Shown here: positions 11,519 to 24,768 of the stretch, piece after piece
Layout of the letters: every line of letters begins with the position of its first letter
Numbering within the stretch: position 1 is the stretch's first letter
NCBI RefSeq assembly: GCF_964204645.1
Contig: NC_134026.1
Coordinates: forward strand, 25,206,150-25,270,149
DNA from: Tubulanus polymorphus
Taxonomy: Eukaryota > Animalia > Nemertea
DNA length: 64,000 nt
Direction of reading: 5' to 3'
The notes under the pieces: generated by a model
What the model was told of the DNA's origin: nothing
Seen by the model: the letters and a program-made list of their open reading frames with translations, nothing else
Database searches by the model: none
Position numbers and translations under genes: made by a program

Positions 11519-12018
11519 GAAAAAGTTATTGTCATTTTGAATACACACTCAGTTTTCCATTATATGTTTGCGTTAACACAATATTCCCAAAGGTGCTAAT
11601 GAGACATCCCAACACCGAGACGCAAAAAACCGGTTTAACACGTTTTTCGATGTATCGAGACATACGATTGATACCAAACAATAGCCTTTTTGAATGCATG
11701 TATTTTCATGGATAATTCTCATGTACCGTGTGTATGGCAGACTTATTTACTACATGTAACATCTGTCGGATTGAATCGATGTTCAGCTCGTGTATGTATG
11801 ATTTCTCTAGCGTGCATTCGAGCCAAGAATATACGATAAACAACAGCAATCAACGGTGACGGTGTATTTCGAATCCGTGTTCACTTTCTATCGGGAAGTT
11901 CAGTGTTGGCAAATCCTATGCATCAAATTTCAGAATAAGCGAGTAACTTCGTCGACAGTTCTCGCCCACTGGAAGTTTCGTAACGGCTTCATATTGATCG
12001 CAGGCTTATTTGGAATCG

Positions 12019-12337
12019 ATGACACGCAGAAAGAGAAGCTGCATTCGCATGTTTATACTGATGGTGTTATTTGGAGTAGTGCTCATTTATTGGTTTTCGA
12101 CCGATGCAATGCATGAATTATTCAACCCGCTAAAAATTAACCAAATTAGATACGGACGTGTTTTCGAATATATTCATAAATTGCAAAATAGTTCGTTACG
12201 ATGGACAAACAATGCAAGTGAGGGACAATTGGTGGACAAGCTCTCCTGAATGATACATAACGTGCCTGTTAATCCGAGTGATAATTCAAATGTGGAAACG
12301 GGGAAAATGTTTACTTCATCGACATTTTTTTCAAATG
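12019..12337 (+). pseudogene. Possible orphan first exon of a type II membrane (Golgi glycosyltransferase-like) gene with an in-frame stop
   Basis: MTRRKRSCIRMFILMVLFGVVLIYWFST gives a short basic tail plus a TM anchor. TGA at 12247-12249, after which the frame stays open to a plausible G|GTAAAC donor at 12338. No downstream catalytic exons seen. Confidence 0.25.
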
Positions 12338-12631
12338 GTAAACATTTCACAAGCTTTCGAAATACTTAGTTCAAGATGAACAAATCCGTTTGAGAAATTA
12401 GCCTATAGTTCACATAGGCTCATGTACACAAAAATAAAAAATCTGAAAATTTATGTAACATTTAATCCTAGTTTTAGTTAGCTTGAAATGGTTTTTATCC
12501 TTATAGTAGTGACGATTAACCTAGTCGCCTGATTCATCCGGTGAAACGGCGCTTAAGATCCGATGAATTACGCAGGCTAGTTGATATGTGTATTTTGATT
12601 TCCGTTATTCATGCATACTTTTTTCGATGAT

Positions 12632-12797
<166 letters not shown>

Positions 12798-13409
12798 CTT
12801 TGATATTTATTTATGATTGACCTTGTAAGCTTATCGTGACAATATGGGCAGACATTTTTGTCAGTATTCATGATCAAGCACACAAAGATTGAATTGTACG
12901 TGTACTGACGTGTGTCAAGCCCGTCCAGTACAAGGTAGGTGGTACCCACTGAGATATCATCTTCCATAACAGAATTGCGACTACATTACGTAACAAAATA
13001 CTTCGTGACTGTTTGCAGTACTAATTGCTGCTACTTAATTAGAATGGAGCAGGCTAGTCATCGTTAGCAATGCCACTTCTACAATGTTAGATAGTAACTA
13101 ATTGAACATTTCAGTCATTTTTTTGTAGTACAGGTACTTTGCATAAACAAGTTATACGATAAATTGCAGAGTCTGAAATACACATTAGAATACCTGTGTT
13201 GTACGTTAGTTTTTAATTATCTAAATCAGTTTGAAGGGTGGGTTTATTAATTGGTATTTGAAACAATGATTGGATATTTAAACTTTCCTCTTTTAGATGA
13301 AATTGAAAATGCTTATTCGTAAAAACAGTTGGATAATTTCTAAATATATGCACTTTTCATTCATGATAGAAAGGTGAAAGGTAACAGGTAAAAGCATATA
13401 GGCAGAGAG

Positions 13410-16400
13410 ATGACCGCCATGGATGTTTGGCGTATGGTATTGTTGATAGTAATCTGCATTTTAGCATCTTCAAGAGGTAATCTTAGAAATACTATTTCTA
13501 TTCTATTTCATTTCAATATCTATTATACCCTCTTCTAGCTCCATCTTTAACGTCTTTTAACTAGCATCTATCAACTCTTTCTGTACATTTTGGGTTTATC
13601 CAACCCACTTTCATTAGGGGCCAACGGTGCATGTTCTCCGGAATGCGTTCACGGTATATGTTTAGTGAACGAGTGTCACTGCCAGCCTGGGTTTGAAGGA
13701 CAACTCTGTCAATCTCCAAGTAATGGGAACTTTATCATAACTTGTTTCTATTCTTTTGAATCTTGACATTCGTTTGTCTCTAAAGCTAAAGAGTGAAACA
13801 AAACCAACAACGACAACAATTAGGTGTTCACGATTTTCTTTTTAGTAACAGCGGGTGTTCAACATGATCTGAAATTCTTGTACGCAGCATCCCAAAATGT
13901 TATAGACACCCCTAGTGGTAATTTCACGGTAAACGATGGCTTTGTATTGGTACCAGGCATATCCGGGAAAACCCTTCGGTTTACTGCGGCGCAATTTGTT
14001 AATATCACCGGGTTGAAATCAGCATGCTTGGAAACACTGGACTCTTGTGCAAACGGTCTAACAATAAGGTTTGCCATAATTTTCAAATCATTGATGTCTG
14101 ATGCTATGGTCCTGCAGTTTAGCGGTTCAACTGGAATCGAAATAAGGCTCGTTTCGAGAAAGATGCACTTCTTGGCAAGAACACAAGCAAATGAATGGTC
14201 TATGTCGTCACAGCCTGTCCAAACTAACGTTTGGTACAACGTAGAACTTGGATGGACATACAATGCATCGCTGACACTGTCTATTAATAAGGGCCAAGAC
14301 GTTGTTTCATCGACTCCAAAAACGATCAGTGCCACAGCGGTTACACCCGGAAGTTATTTGATCGGAAATGCAAACTCCACTAATACTAATTCGACAGTGT
14401 TGTACGAGTTAGAAGGCATGATAATATACGAAAACGACCTTGCTCATCTTCGGGATATGAACCTTTCAACTTGTAAGTTGAATTTCATAATTAATAACAT
14501 GGCATTAATTGACGTCCTAATTAGCTGATTTATTAGTGCGAATTATTTTCATGTATACCTGAAGATTTTCCTGCCATTGTCGAACATCGAATTGTTGTGG
14601 GAAATAATGTCTCGTTTATCTGTACTGTAACCGTCGCTGAGCGTAATGTGGTGCTAAGCCTGGATTGGCTAATAGGTTCACGTGTTTTAAAATCGACGAA
14701 TACTACCTTAAGCTCAGTGACATCGTACCTAACGGAAAATGAATTACAGGGTGCAACGACATCAATGACACACGTATGTTTTCAAACAACAACGAAGCAA
14801 CTGCCTCAGATATTGAAAAACAATAAAATGGTTTCATTTAGTATGCTATTTATCACAGGGTGTTATATGTCAAGTGGCAGCATGTTATGCTAATTTGTGC
14901 GTAAACTCATCATTGTCAACTCTTTCTAAAACCGAGTACAGACCGTCTATCACGGTAAGATAGCGCTCAAAGCGCACATTCTGAATGTGAATGTGAATAT
15001 ATGATACATTCATTGATTGCATTTCACACAAAATAGATACGGAAGACTTCCCAAACAGTTATGTTAGACGAAGGGAAGGGTGCGGCATCGTTCGATCTAT
15101 CTTCTACATTGCCATTGAGATTCCTATGCGATTGTAGCCCAACCGACATATGTTCAGTCCACATATCTGTCGCTACGTCTTCGACAAGTAAACCACCTCT
15201 GCAATGTCGATCGAAGACGGTAAGTAGTTCTGATCAGCACCTCTCTCTACACTGATCAGCACCTTTCTAGACTGAAACACTATTTATCTGATAAGAACAT
15301 GCGATCAATTTATCAGTAGAGGACTTCTTCAAGATTTTCTCAAATTTTTTTCTGAAGATAATCCCACAAGTCGTGCTCGTTACAAGTAGATCATCGTGTG
15401 TCGTTAATATGGCTAACCTTTACCAGACGATTTCTATAAAGGCGAAATTAGATGGAAAATTCGATGGATCACGGCAAGGCAATATTCGGTTGCAAGCTAA
15501 ATGTTTCGTTAATAACACTTACGGGATAGGCAGAATCATTGGAAACGTACCAGTATGTATGAATATCATTTTGAAAAATTAACTATCGAAAAAGTCATTC
15601 GAGATATAGATTGGCATATATTGCACGCAGGTCAATGTCAGTGACAAACGGGTGTCAGATTTAGCAAACTACTTTTTTCTTTCGAGTACAAAATTGATGG
15701 CTTTCGATAAGATAATGCAAACTGCAAACTATTCTGTTTACTCAAATTTCAGTACATAGTTAAAGATATGGATCAAGCGAGTACGTGTAAATCTATAAAT
15801 GATCCACATATAACGACATTCGACGGCTGGTAAGTATAAGACCTTAAGATTTAATCAATAATTTTGTAATCTACTGTGGCCTAGTGGTTAAAATCAGGTA
15901 TGAATTATCGATATAGATAAAATGAAAAATAAAAGAGATTCTTGATTTAATAAAAGAAAACTTGTATTTGCATTTGTATTTTTTCATGAACTAAATGTAG
16001 ATAATCTTATATCGCTATATTTAGGACCTTCGATAACTATTTTGAGGGCGAGTTCTTGCTTTACAGACACACGAACTATCCAATTCAGGTACAGCTGAAC
16101 ATGTTTTTTAAGGTTCTTCTAGTCTATTTCATTTCAAAGAACCAAATGAATAGATTTTGATCAAGTCCATTTCCTGGATCCAATATATAACCTTGATGAA
16201 CGCAGTTAAGCGTGCTTTTTTCACCCTCGCATTACTCGTAGGATTCATTTCTTATCTTTGATTATTCTAGGTTAATTCGTTTTATCGTGCTTGTGGTTCC
16301 GCGACTTGCAATTGCGCCGTGGCTGTTCAGTCTGGCGATGACGTCATCGTTTTGGACCGCTGTGATGACGCAACAGTGGGTGTTAACCTGCAACGACACT

Positions 16401-19400
16401 TCTTGGTAAAACTATACAAAAATGGCAATTTATCTGCAGGAACTCGTATCAAGAGATTTGATGGTGGATTGAAATATGAGGTAAAGATATTTCAAGCTTG
16501 CATTCACTATCAGTGTTGAGTGGCAAGCGGGTTCGAGTCCTGCTGTCTGCTTACCGTGTGAGGGCAACACTTCAAAGGCTTCCCCGTCGTGAGGTTTAAT
16601 GAACTAAGATCCAAACGACGTAAAGCAAAAGAAACAAACAAATTCTGGTTGAAATGAATTACTTATTAAAAGTTACTTATTATGATACGAGAACAAATAT
16701 TTTACAACGTGCAGATAATTCTACCTACGGGAATGATAGTTACGGCCAGTGCAAGCTATCAACGATTGATTAACATCTGGATCACACCATCATCACTAGA
16801 CTTTAATAACACAGAAGGTACATTTCACGCCAACGGTATTCGTTTTTTTGAAATATGTGAATTATATTAAATTCGAGAAAATACAACGAACGACATTGGT
16901 CAGAACGCTGAGTACTTGATTTCGATATTATTCAACAGGACTGTGCGGGGATTTTGATAGCGATCCGACAAACGATGCAATTATGCTTAACGGTACGCTT
17001 GCTACAATCACTGGGAGAAGAGCTGATAGTTTTGCATTATCATGGAGGTTTGTGAGAACTTTCATACTTTCATGGATATCCATTTACTTTTTCAAATGAA
17101 CTGATATTAATTGATCCATTTGATATTATCAGAGTGACTGGTAGGAATAGTCTCTACCAAGGTATATGTCCTGATGGTAACCTGACATTTCCAGACAGTC
17201 AAACCACGTATTGCGAATGTATCGCTGGACAGACCGCTTCATGTGGAAAGCATTACGATGCATTGGTTTGCCCGACTGATACCACACATGGAACGGGTAA
17301 GAAACTGCCATTAGGAGTCATAACCATTTATCTTATAGAACGGATAAATATAAATTTGAAAGTCTTAATAGAGATCAATGCGACGACAAAGAGAAAGTGA
17401 CAAGAAATTGCACAAAATAACGTTCATTTTGGAACACAATAAGGTTTTGAATTTTCAACAATTCTCTAAATCGGCAGATGATTGAGCCCTGTATTCAAAT
17501 CTAAGTCAAAATTTCAGATATAACTGCAGATCTGATTAAGTATACGATAGATCGGCCGAAGTGCACTGGAACTGGAACCGGGAATGTGTTCACCTATAAT
17601 TCTACATTAGCTCCCATTGTAAGTCGACTTGTATACCTGAAATTTAGGTCTTATCTTAAATAAGAAAAATATTAATGCATTTTTTCTCAGGTCACAACAT
17701 GGCCGACAGCATCTGGACAAACTCAGGTAGCAGTCACAAACATATGTGTCAATACTATCAATGGATCTACCGCAGCGAGTCAGTGTAATCTAGTTAAGGG
17801 AATAAACGCTTCAACTGATATTGCCAATTGTATAGAAGATATTAAGGTAAACAATGAAGAAAAATGGTGTCCATGGTGTCAGAATCAATTTCACGAAATC
17901 GTCTTATATATATCTGAAAAAACGTAGGTAACGGATGATATACAGTGGAGTAATGTCGCTCTTGCATCATATCAAGAACTGTGTCGGCTGTATGCGGACA
18001 GAGACTTGGGACTTGGCCCATCTAGTGCGATCTTGAATACACTATGTGTTGGAAACTGCAACAACGGAACGTGTGTTGCCGGTAAGTAACACTAACAATT
18101 GAACAGAATTTATTACTCCAATACGCTTAAGTATAACCTATCTTTGTTTTACAGGCGCATGTAAATGTAAACAAAATTTCACTGGTGGCGATTGTCAAAT
18201 AGATCTGAAAGCAGTTCCTCAAATTACACGACTCGGTTATGATGGATTTTGTGAACTACCCACGTGTAACCCAAAACAAATTCACATATATGGCGGTCAA
18301 TTCGTCGAAAAAGTTACCGTTTGTGTATCAACAGTGGTAAATATTTACTTTATTTTTTCGTCGCTTTATTTTGATTACTATGATCTTTTTTTCATTATGT
18401 CGTTTGATTTCAGTATATTCCGTCAGTTCACAGTTACTCGCGCACGGCATCGTTCATCAATATGAATGAAGTAGTGTGCGATATCTCCACGATACCATTA
18501 GCTCCAAGGATGACCATCGCCGCTAGTAATAACGAGTCAATAGGTTCGAGTCAGTCGTTTGAGTGGCTTATTTGTAATCGACTGTGTCAGATATGCGATA
18601 AATTGAACCGGGCTGTTACAACAAAGGTAAGTAGCCTAGGAAAACATTGGTATATTCGAAAAATTGCCATTGATCGCACAATTTGATTCCTCTCGACCAA
18701 TATGATGATAATCTTCATAATGTATCAAAATACATTTCGTTTTAGCGGTGCAATTGTTTCATTAATGGTAAATGCTTTAATAACCTTGATGTACAATCGA
18801 ACAAAATCTGTTATGTTCCAATATCGCAGACTCAATTGACAAAAGTCATAGGTATTTATACAGTTCCGAAAGAAAATTATAATGAAGATTCCTGTTTCTT
18901 GAAGACAAGATGCACGATGGCTCATTGAATTTACATATTTCAGATGCTTTCATGGACATTTATCTTTCATTTGACGCTATTGCTCTAAGAACGAATGGCA
19001 CGATATCTGGTAAATACTGGGCTGCTATTTTAGAAGGCTCAGTACAATCCGTAACGGGAATAAATGGAACTGGATTACTGTTAATGGGAGACGCTAGTTG
19101 CATAAATTTAGGCAAGGTTGGTGCGGATCCATGTGTGAATGATTTGAGTAAATGTCAAAATGGAATCACAGTTTCATTCTGGTCAAGTTTTAACAGACTA
19201 AAAGAGAACACGTACATATTTTCAAGCGGTGGTGAATCGATGTACAGCCCCGGGTTTCTAATGGTTTACAAATTCGGCCGTGTTCAAATATCTGCCAGGA
19301 CAGTCAATCGCGCCTGGTTCACATCTATAGATAAACCACAACTAAATACATGGGCCGAATACTGGATCAGTTTGGATATCAAGACAGGCGTTCTAGAAGT

Positions 19401-22400
19401 TTACGTCAACAAAAGCCTTGTCGCCAAAGATACTTTACCAAATCAAGAAGTTATAAAAAATAAAATTGTCGCAGATTTTAAATTCGGTTGTGTCAGCACC
19501 ATCGGATGGAATGAAGCGCTTAAAGCCGTTATGGTGGTTGATGATATTCATATATGGACTGCGGGTATCCAACTTCTAACAAATAGGACTATACTTCAGC
19601 CCTTGATATGTAAGTGTTACAGAATTCAAAAATTAAGGTGCTTCCTTACGTGAATATGAATTGTTCAAGTGGAAGTTCTTGCTTTTGCAGCCACAACTAC
19701 AACAACTGTACCACCTACAACAACGGCGCATTGTCCACCTGGCTGCTCTGGTAAGATTAAGATGTTTGGGGAGGGACTAAGCCTTCATAAAAATAACCTA
19801 TCTTATTCATTCCATTAGGCTCACCAACCGTTATTACAAACGCTTATTTGACATCAAAGAACAATGGTAAATCGATAGAGTTTACCTGCCACATGCCTCA
19901 GGTATTGGAACCGAACGTGAGATACAAAGTGCAATGGATGTCAGGTTCTGCGGTGTTACTGACCAGTAACATGGCCCAAGGTGCTACAAAATCCATCATA
20001 TCATCCGATATGATAATCCAATCAAAAGGACTAACCGATAAGGTGATAATAATGTGAATATACAATGATATATCGATGAAAAAACATTTAATCAGAAGTC
20101 GATATGATTGCTTATTGAAATTTGTATGTATGTGATGCCACGTCTCGTACTTTGTAGCTGTTTTGTCGAGTATATGCTAGTTTCACTGGACCATGCAGTG
20201 GTTCAGCTGCTACCGTTAATAGCAATCAATTCGTGGCCAAAATTAAGGTAAATATTTTTCGATGCATTTGTCATTATTATAACATTAATCCCTCAGCTAG
20301 CATTTTTGCGGTCTTACAAGGTCGTTACGGCAGGAACAAATCTCGTTGTTTCTGAATGCGGAAATATGACGGAGATCCACTTCTCCAGCAACGCCCCTGC
20401 TGCATTCTTTTGTGGCGTGGCAAAAAGAAATTGTTCCATACGCATCCGCGCACTTTTTGTGGAGGCCCTTTATGAAGTGAAATGCCGTAATGGAAAAAAG
20501 ATCGTCCAGGCCGTCATCGGTTGGGATAAACAAAACAACAGCAACTCGTTTTGCGGTACAGAAATAAATAACGTCAACTGGAACCGTATTCATATCATCT
20601 ACGTCAAAGCTAAGATCGACAGTAAACTAGACGGCACGAAAGTAAGATACCTGGACATTCACAGAGTTGTTGTGCAAAATATGACGATAATAGTAAGGGA
20701 GTCATTACTAAGAAGATTCCAAGTATGTATATTTGACGTATCACATTCTAGACGGATTAGTGTGAATAACTTCATATTGACGTGAAAATGCTTTCATCAA
20801 TATTTTTTAGGTGACTATCAAAGATTGCGATACAGCAGATTCCACATGTAGTTCAGTCAATGATCCTCATATAACAACCTTTGATAGAAAGTGCGTTTTG
20901 ATTGCGTCCAATTCGTTAAAAATTTACCAAACAAGATGGTTTGAGTTAATATTGTCATTTTCCTTTACAGGCGATATGACAACTTTCTGTCTGGTGAGTT
21001 CGTGCTCTATAAACACAAGACCATGGATTTCGCTGTGAGTACCTGGAAGACAAGATAGAAACATATTTGACAGGAAAATAGTGACATATTATAATGAATT
21101 TTCATTTTCAATGCAATGCGCATGATTTCAGGTACACGGGATGTATGTTCAATGTCGAGGTGGGGGTAGGAGAAATGCACGAGCTACGTGCAACTGCGGC
21201 GCAGCGGTTTTGTCCGGTGATGACGTTATCGTTCTAAATAAATGCCCGCGTAAATCTTCATCCCGTGGAAATGCTTGGGGAAGATATAAGAAAATCAACC
21301 CAATGACTGTGACGATTTTCAGAAATGGAAAACTTACGCCCGGAACTCGTATAGAAAAGATGAGCGGTGGACGAAAATATAGGGTTTGTATTTTTCTTTG
21401 ATTCGTTAGAAGTTACCTATGGGCCTATATAAGTTAGTATTTTATTTCGTTTCGTTCATGAAAATTCTTTGTCCTTATTTCTTTGTCAACCATAGATTTA
21501 TTTACCGACTGGAACTTATGTAACTGTCCAAGAGCATCATCAATACATAAATATCTGGGTGACAGCCTCTACTTGGGATTTCAATCAAACATTAGGTCAG
21601 TTTATACTATATTGAGGTAACCATGTGATTCCGATGCAAGCCTGTCTTTATCGTAAGGCTTTTTCTTTTGATCGTATTGTTAGGGTTGTGTGGTAATTTT
21701 GACGGAAAATCTTATAATGACCTTATGTTTCCGGATGGTACTTGGCTGCGATACAATGGTCGTCGGCCTGATGCGTTCTCCGACAGCTGGAGGTGTGTAG
21801 AAAACAGACACAAGCGTGTGTGTGCGTCTGTGCGTGCGTGCGGTTTTGCCATCGACCCAATGACTCTTAGATAATTTTGTCATCTTCCTCAACGATTATG
21901 AGTTTGGTTTTCTATCTTTAGGGTAAGTCGTTTCAATACCATCTTCTTTGGAGTAGCGCCTTTGTCCACGACAGTCACATCGCCGGGGCCTCTTGGGGAC
22001 AATAAAATCTGGTGTGATTGTGTCTCGCGGAAAGTTGGAACCAACACTCAGGTTTGTGCAAGAGGACTTGACGTTGAAAGATGTGACCAACAGCTTCAAC
22101 CTGGTGGTAAGATACGGACTTACAGATATTTCGAATAAACGGAATTTTTTTTCTGCCAAATTCTATGGAACATACGATGCTATTCCATTCTACAGGAGTT
22201 GAAGTGACAATTCAGATTTACATTGAAGCGAGACTTTCTATCAAGTGGGGAAATCGTTTCCGTAGAGCCACGAATCCGCCTACCATAGCAGACGAGGCTT
22301 TTGCGCCATTTGCGGACAACCTTAATTACGTCGCACCGGTAATTTTCAATTCCATTCATATAAAGAAACACCAATCACGATTAGATTGGATTGAATTTTC

Positions 22401-24300
22401 TATTGATATCTCATTTTTCAGAATGCCTCATGGCCTACACCAGGAGGATGGTATAAGTCGAACGCCACTAATTTCTGTGATAATTACATCAAAACTACGA
22501 ACATGTACAAGAGCTGTGGCGCAGCTCTTAACCAAACGATGTTTGACGGAGATATTAATGCTTGTGTTTTAGATATTCAGGTATATGATAAGAGAGAGGA
22601 GTCGATGATTTGTAAATTTTGCGATTCATTACACACGGGTTGATAGTTACACGGGATGATATCTTGATTTGTTACAGGTCAGTGATAGTACTGATTGGGC
22701 GAATGCTGCATTAGAAGCAATTGCAGAATCTTGTATAACAGTCGCTTCCAAATATGTCATAGCTGATAATGCTACTGCTGCTGCTGGGATGGTAACTATG
22801 CCTGCGAACCTCATACTTGATATCCAAGATTCAACATGTCCAAGCAACTGTTCTGCTAGAGGAAATTGTGCGCAAGGTAATAACCGTCATACACCTCTCA
22901 AAAATATCATCACAATAAAATTCAATCAAATAACATGTTAGAATTTTCTTGCCAGGGGTGTGTCAATGCGATCCTGGTTTCGTTGGAGAAGATTGTTCAG
23001 TGGTATTAGGGGATCCTCCTGTTTTGTCTCACATGCCCAACGGAGGACTGTGCGACGTTCGTAAAATTGTCAGTTGCAAAGAAGCGACAATTTACGGTCA
23101 AAACTTTGCCACGGGACAAAATGTGACCTGCGTGATTCAGAAATTTGATGTAAGAACACTTCTACTGCCAATTCCAGTCATAGGAGTTCTACTAATGATA
23201 AATCGTAAATCTCTTTCAGTTAGCGGCGAATATGACTACTGGAAATACATCAACAACGAAAGCGACATTTGTCGGGCCAAATCAGGTGAAATGTCCTCTC
23301 CTGTCAAACCAGCCGGTCATTCTAGCAGTGAGTAACGATGGAGCAAAGCAGAGCAACGAAACCGTTCTTTATCTACCTTTTGACTCTGCTTGTTTTTACT
23401 GTAATATCGATCCAAATGTCAAACTTGGAAGTTGCGTCCGACAAAACCTGGTAATGTAGTTGTGAACAATTTTAATTCGAACATCAGAATTCTGCACTTT
23501 ATAATAATTGATTGATTTCATTTGTACGTCTCATGAATATTTCCTAGGGCGGTTCCTGTATTATAAATGGTATATGTTACGCGGTAGGTGAACAGAACCC
23601 GAATAACAAATGCCTGGTATGCACTCCTTCATCGACAGATACGAGTTGGACTAAAAATATCAATTGTAAGTACAGAAACCGCAACTATTAGGCTAACCTG
23701 CCGTAATATTTTTCCTGAAAAATATTCATATCTCTGTTGTTGTGTGTATGTTACAGACAAAACATTTCTTATATTATTATTCAGTATCTGGTTGCGTTAC
23801 ACCCAGTCCACAGGGCGGACTCAGTGATACCGATATCATCATTATTTGTGTTGTCATCGCCGTTTTCGTCGCACTTCTTATCATTTTAGTGATTTATATT
23901 TATCAACGGAACAATAGGTAACAATATCAATACTGTATTCAGAGGTGATCTCTTTCGGTGAGGGCTAGATATTTATATTCAAGGTATTCTACTACATAAA
24001 ATGTACGACGAAGGAGAATTTTGATATTATATCTTATGTATTCTATATAGCAGGTCAGGTCAGGGATCAAAACCCGATGAAGAACCAAAACCTACCGTAC
24101 CACCAGTAAGAATGATATCCAACAGACCGAGATATTCGACTTCTAGCCCAGAATACGATAACCCAGCTTACGATACAACATCGGATTTTGAACGCACCCA
24201 GCGGTTTGATCAGTCACAGTTACATATCTTGGAGGACGACGACGAATACCAGCCGAGCGTACAAATAGCCAATTCCCAAGATGCGAATACGCGAATGTAG
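13410..24300 (+). CDS. VWDE: Type I membrane VWD- and EGF-domain-containing (VWDE-like) protein, ~2250 aa: SP-EGF-2x[LamG/ConA-like, Ig-like, VWD, Cys-rich, EGF, IPT-like, Cys module]-TM-cytoplasmic tail
   Basis: About 38 exons splice in frame. Examples: 13410-13476 (SP; alternative ATG at 13419), 13618-13719 (EGF), 13846-14472 (LamG-like), 15753-15829 (CKSINDPHITTFDG), 16271-16480 (ATCNCAVAVQSGDDVIVLDRC), 16939-17047 (GLCGDFD), 17691-17846 (WPTASG...CIEDIK), 18746-18851, 18944-19609 (LamG-like 2), 20811-20890 (CSSVNDPHITTFD), ~21132-21383, ~22422-22580 (WPTPGGW), 23785-23917 (TM IIIICVVIAVFVALLIILVIYIY), 24051/24054-24300. VWDE is a family-level call, not proven orthology. Confidence 0.88.
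16515..16642 (+). mobile_element. tRNA-derived SINE relic in an intron of the VWDE-like gene
   Basis: Pol III B-box GGTTCGAGTCC (16530-16540), preceded by an A-box-like GAGTGG. Ends in a SINE-type tail CGACGTAAAGCAAAAGAAACAAACAAA. Confidence 0.55.
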
Positions 24301-24762
24301 AAAATAATTACCGTTAGTTGAATCATGTATTCAAAATATACCTATCTTCATGAAAAGTATTGGTTTCGATAATGCCATTAGTTCATGTTTATAAAGTGTT
24401 TTTAGGTATCATATTCATTATAATAACTATATGGGATATAATGTATTCGACAATACTCTTCCGGCAGCGTGCTAACGACTGTTCAACAATGCTCCATCCA
24501 TATTATTCATACATTATATACCAGTCGTTTGTCAATAATGTTGTGATACGTTCCAAAATTGAGAAAATACAGTTTAAGTTAAAAGTTATACTCATGGAAG
24601 TTTGTACTTAAACCCCTAACTTATTAGTTATTTAGCGGGCGATCGGGACTTTTATTACATTTTTATGAAAAACAACTTTAACGGACGTTAACTTATATTT
24701 TTCAATTATTCATTCAGCTCTAATTATGTTCAATCGTGCATGCACGTACGTACGTGGTTTAT

Positions 24763-24768
24763 AATAAA
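24763..24768 (+). terminator. Candidate polyadenylation signal of the VWDE-like gene
   Basis: First clear AATAAA downstream of the stop codon at 24300. Confidence 0.4.
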
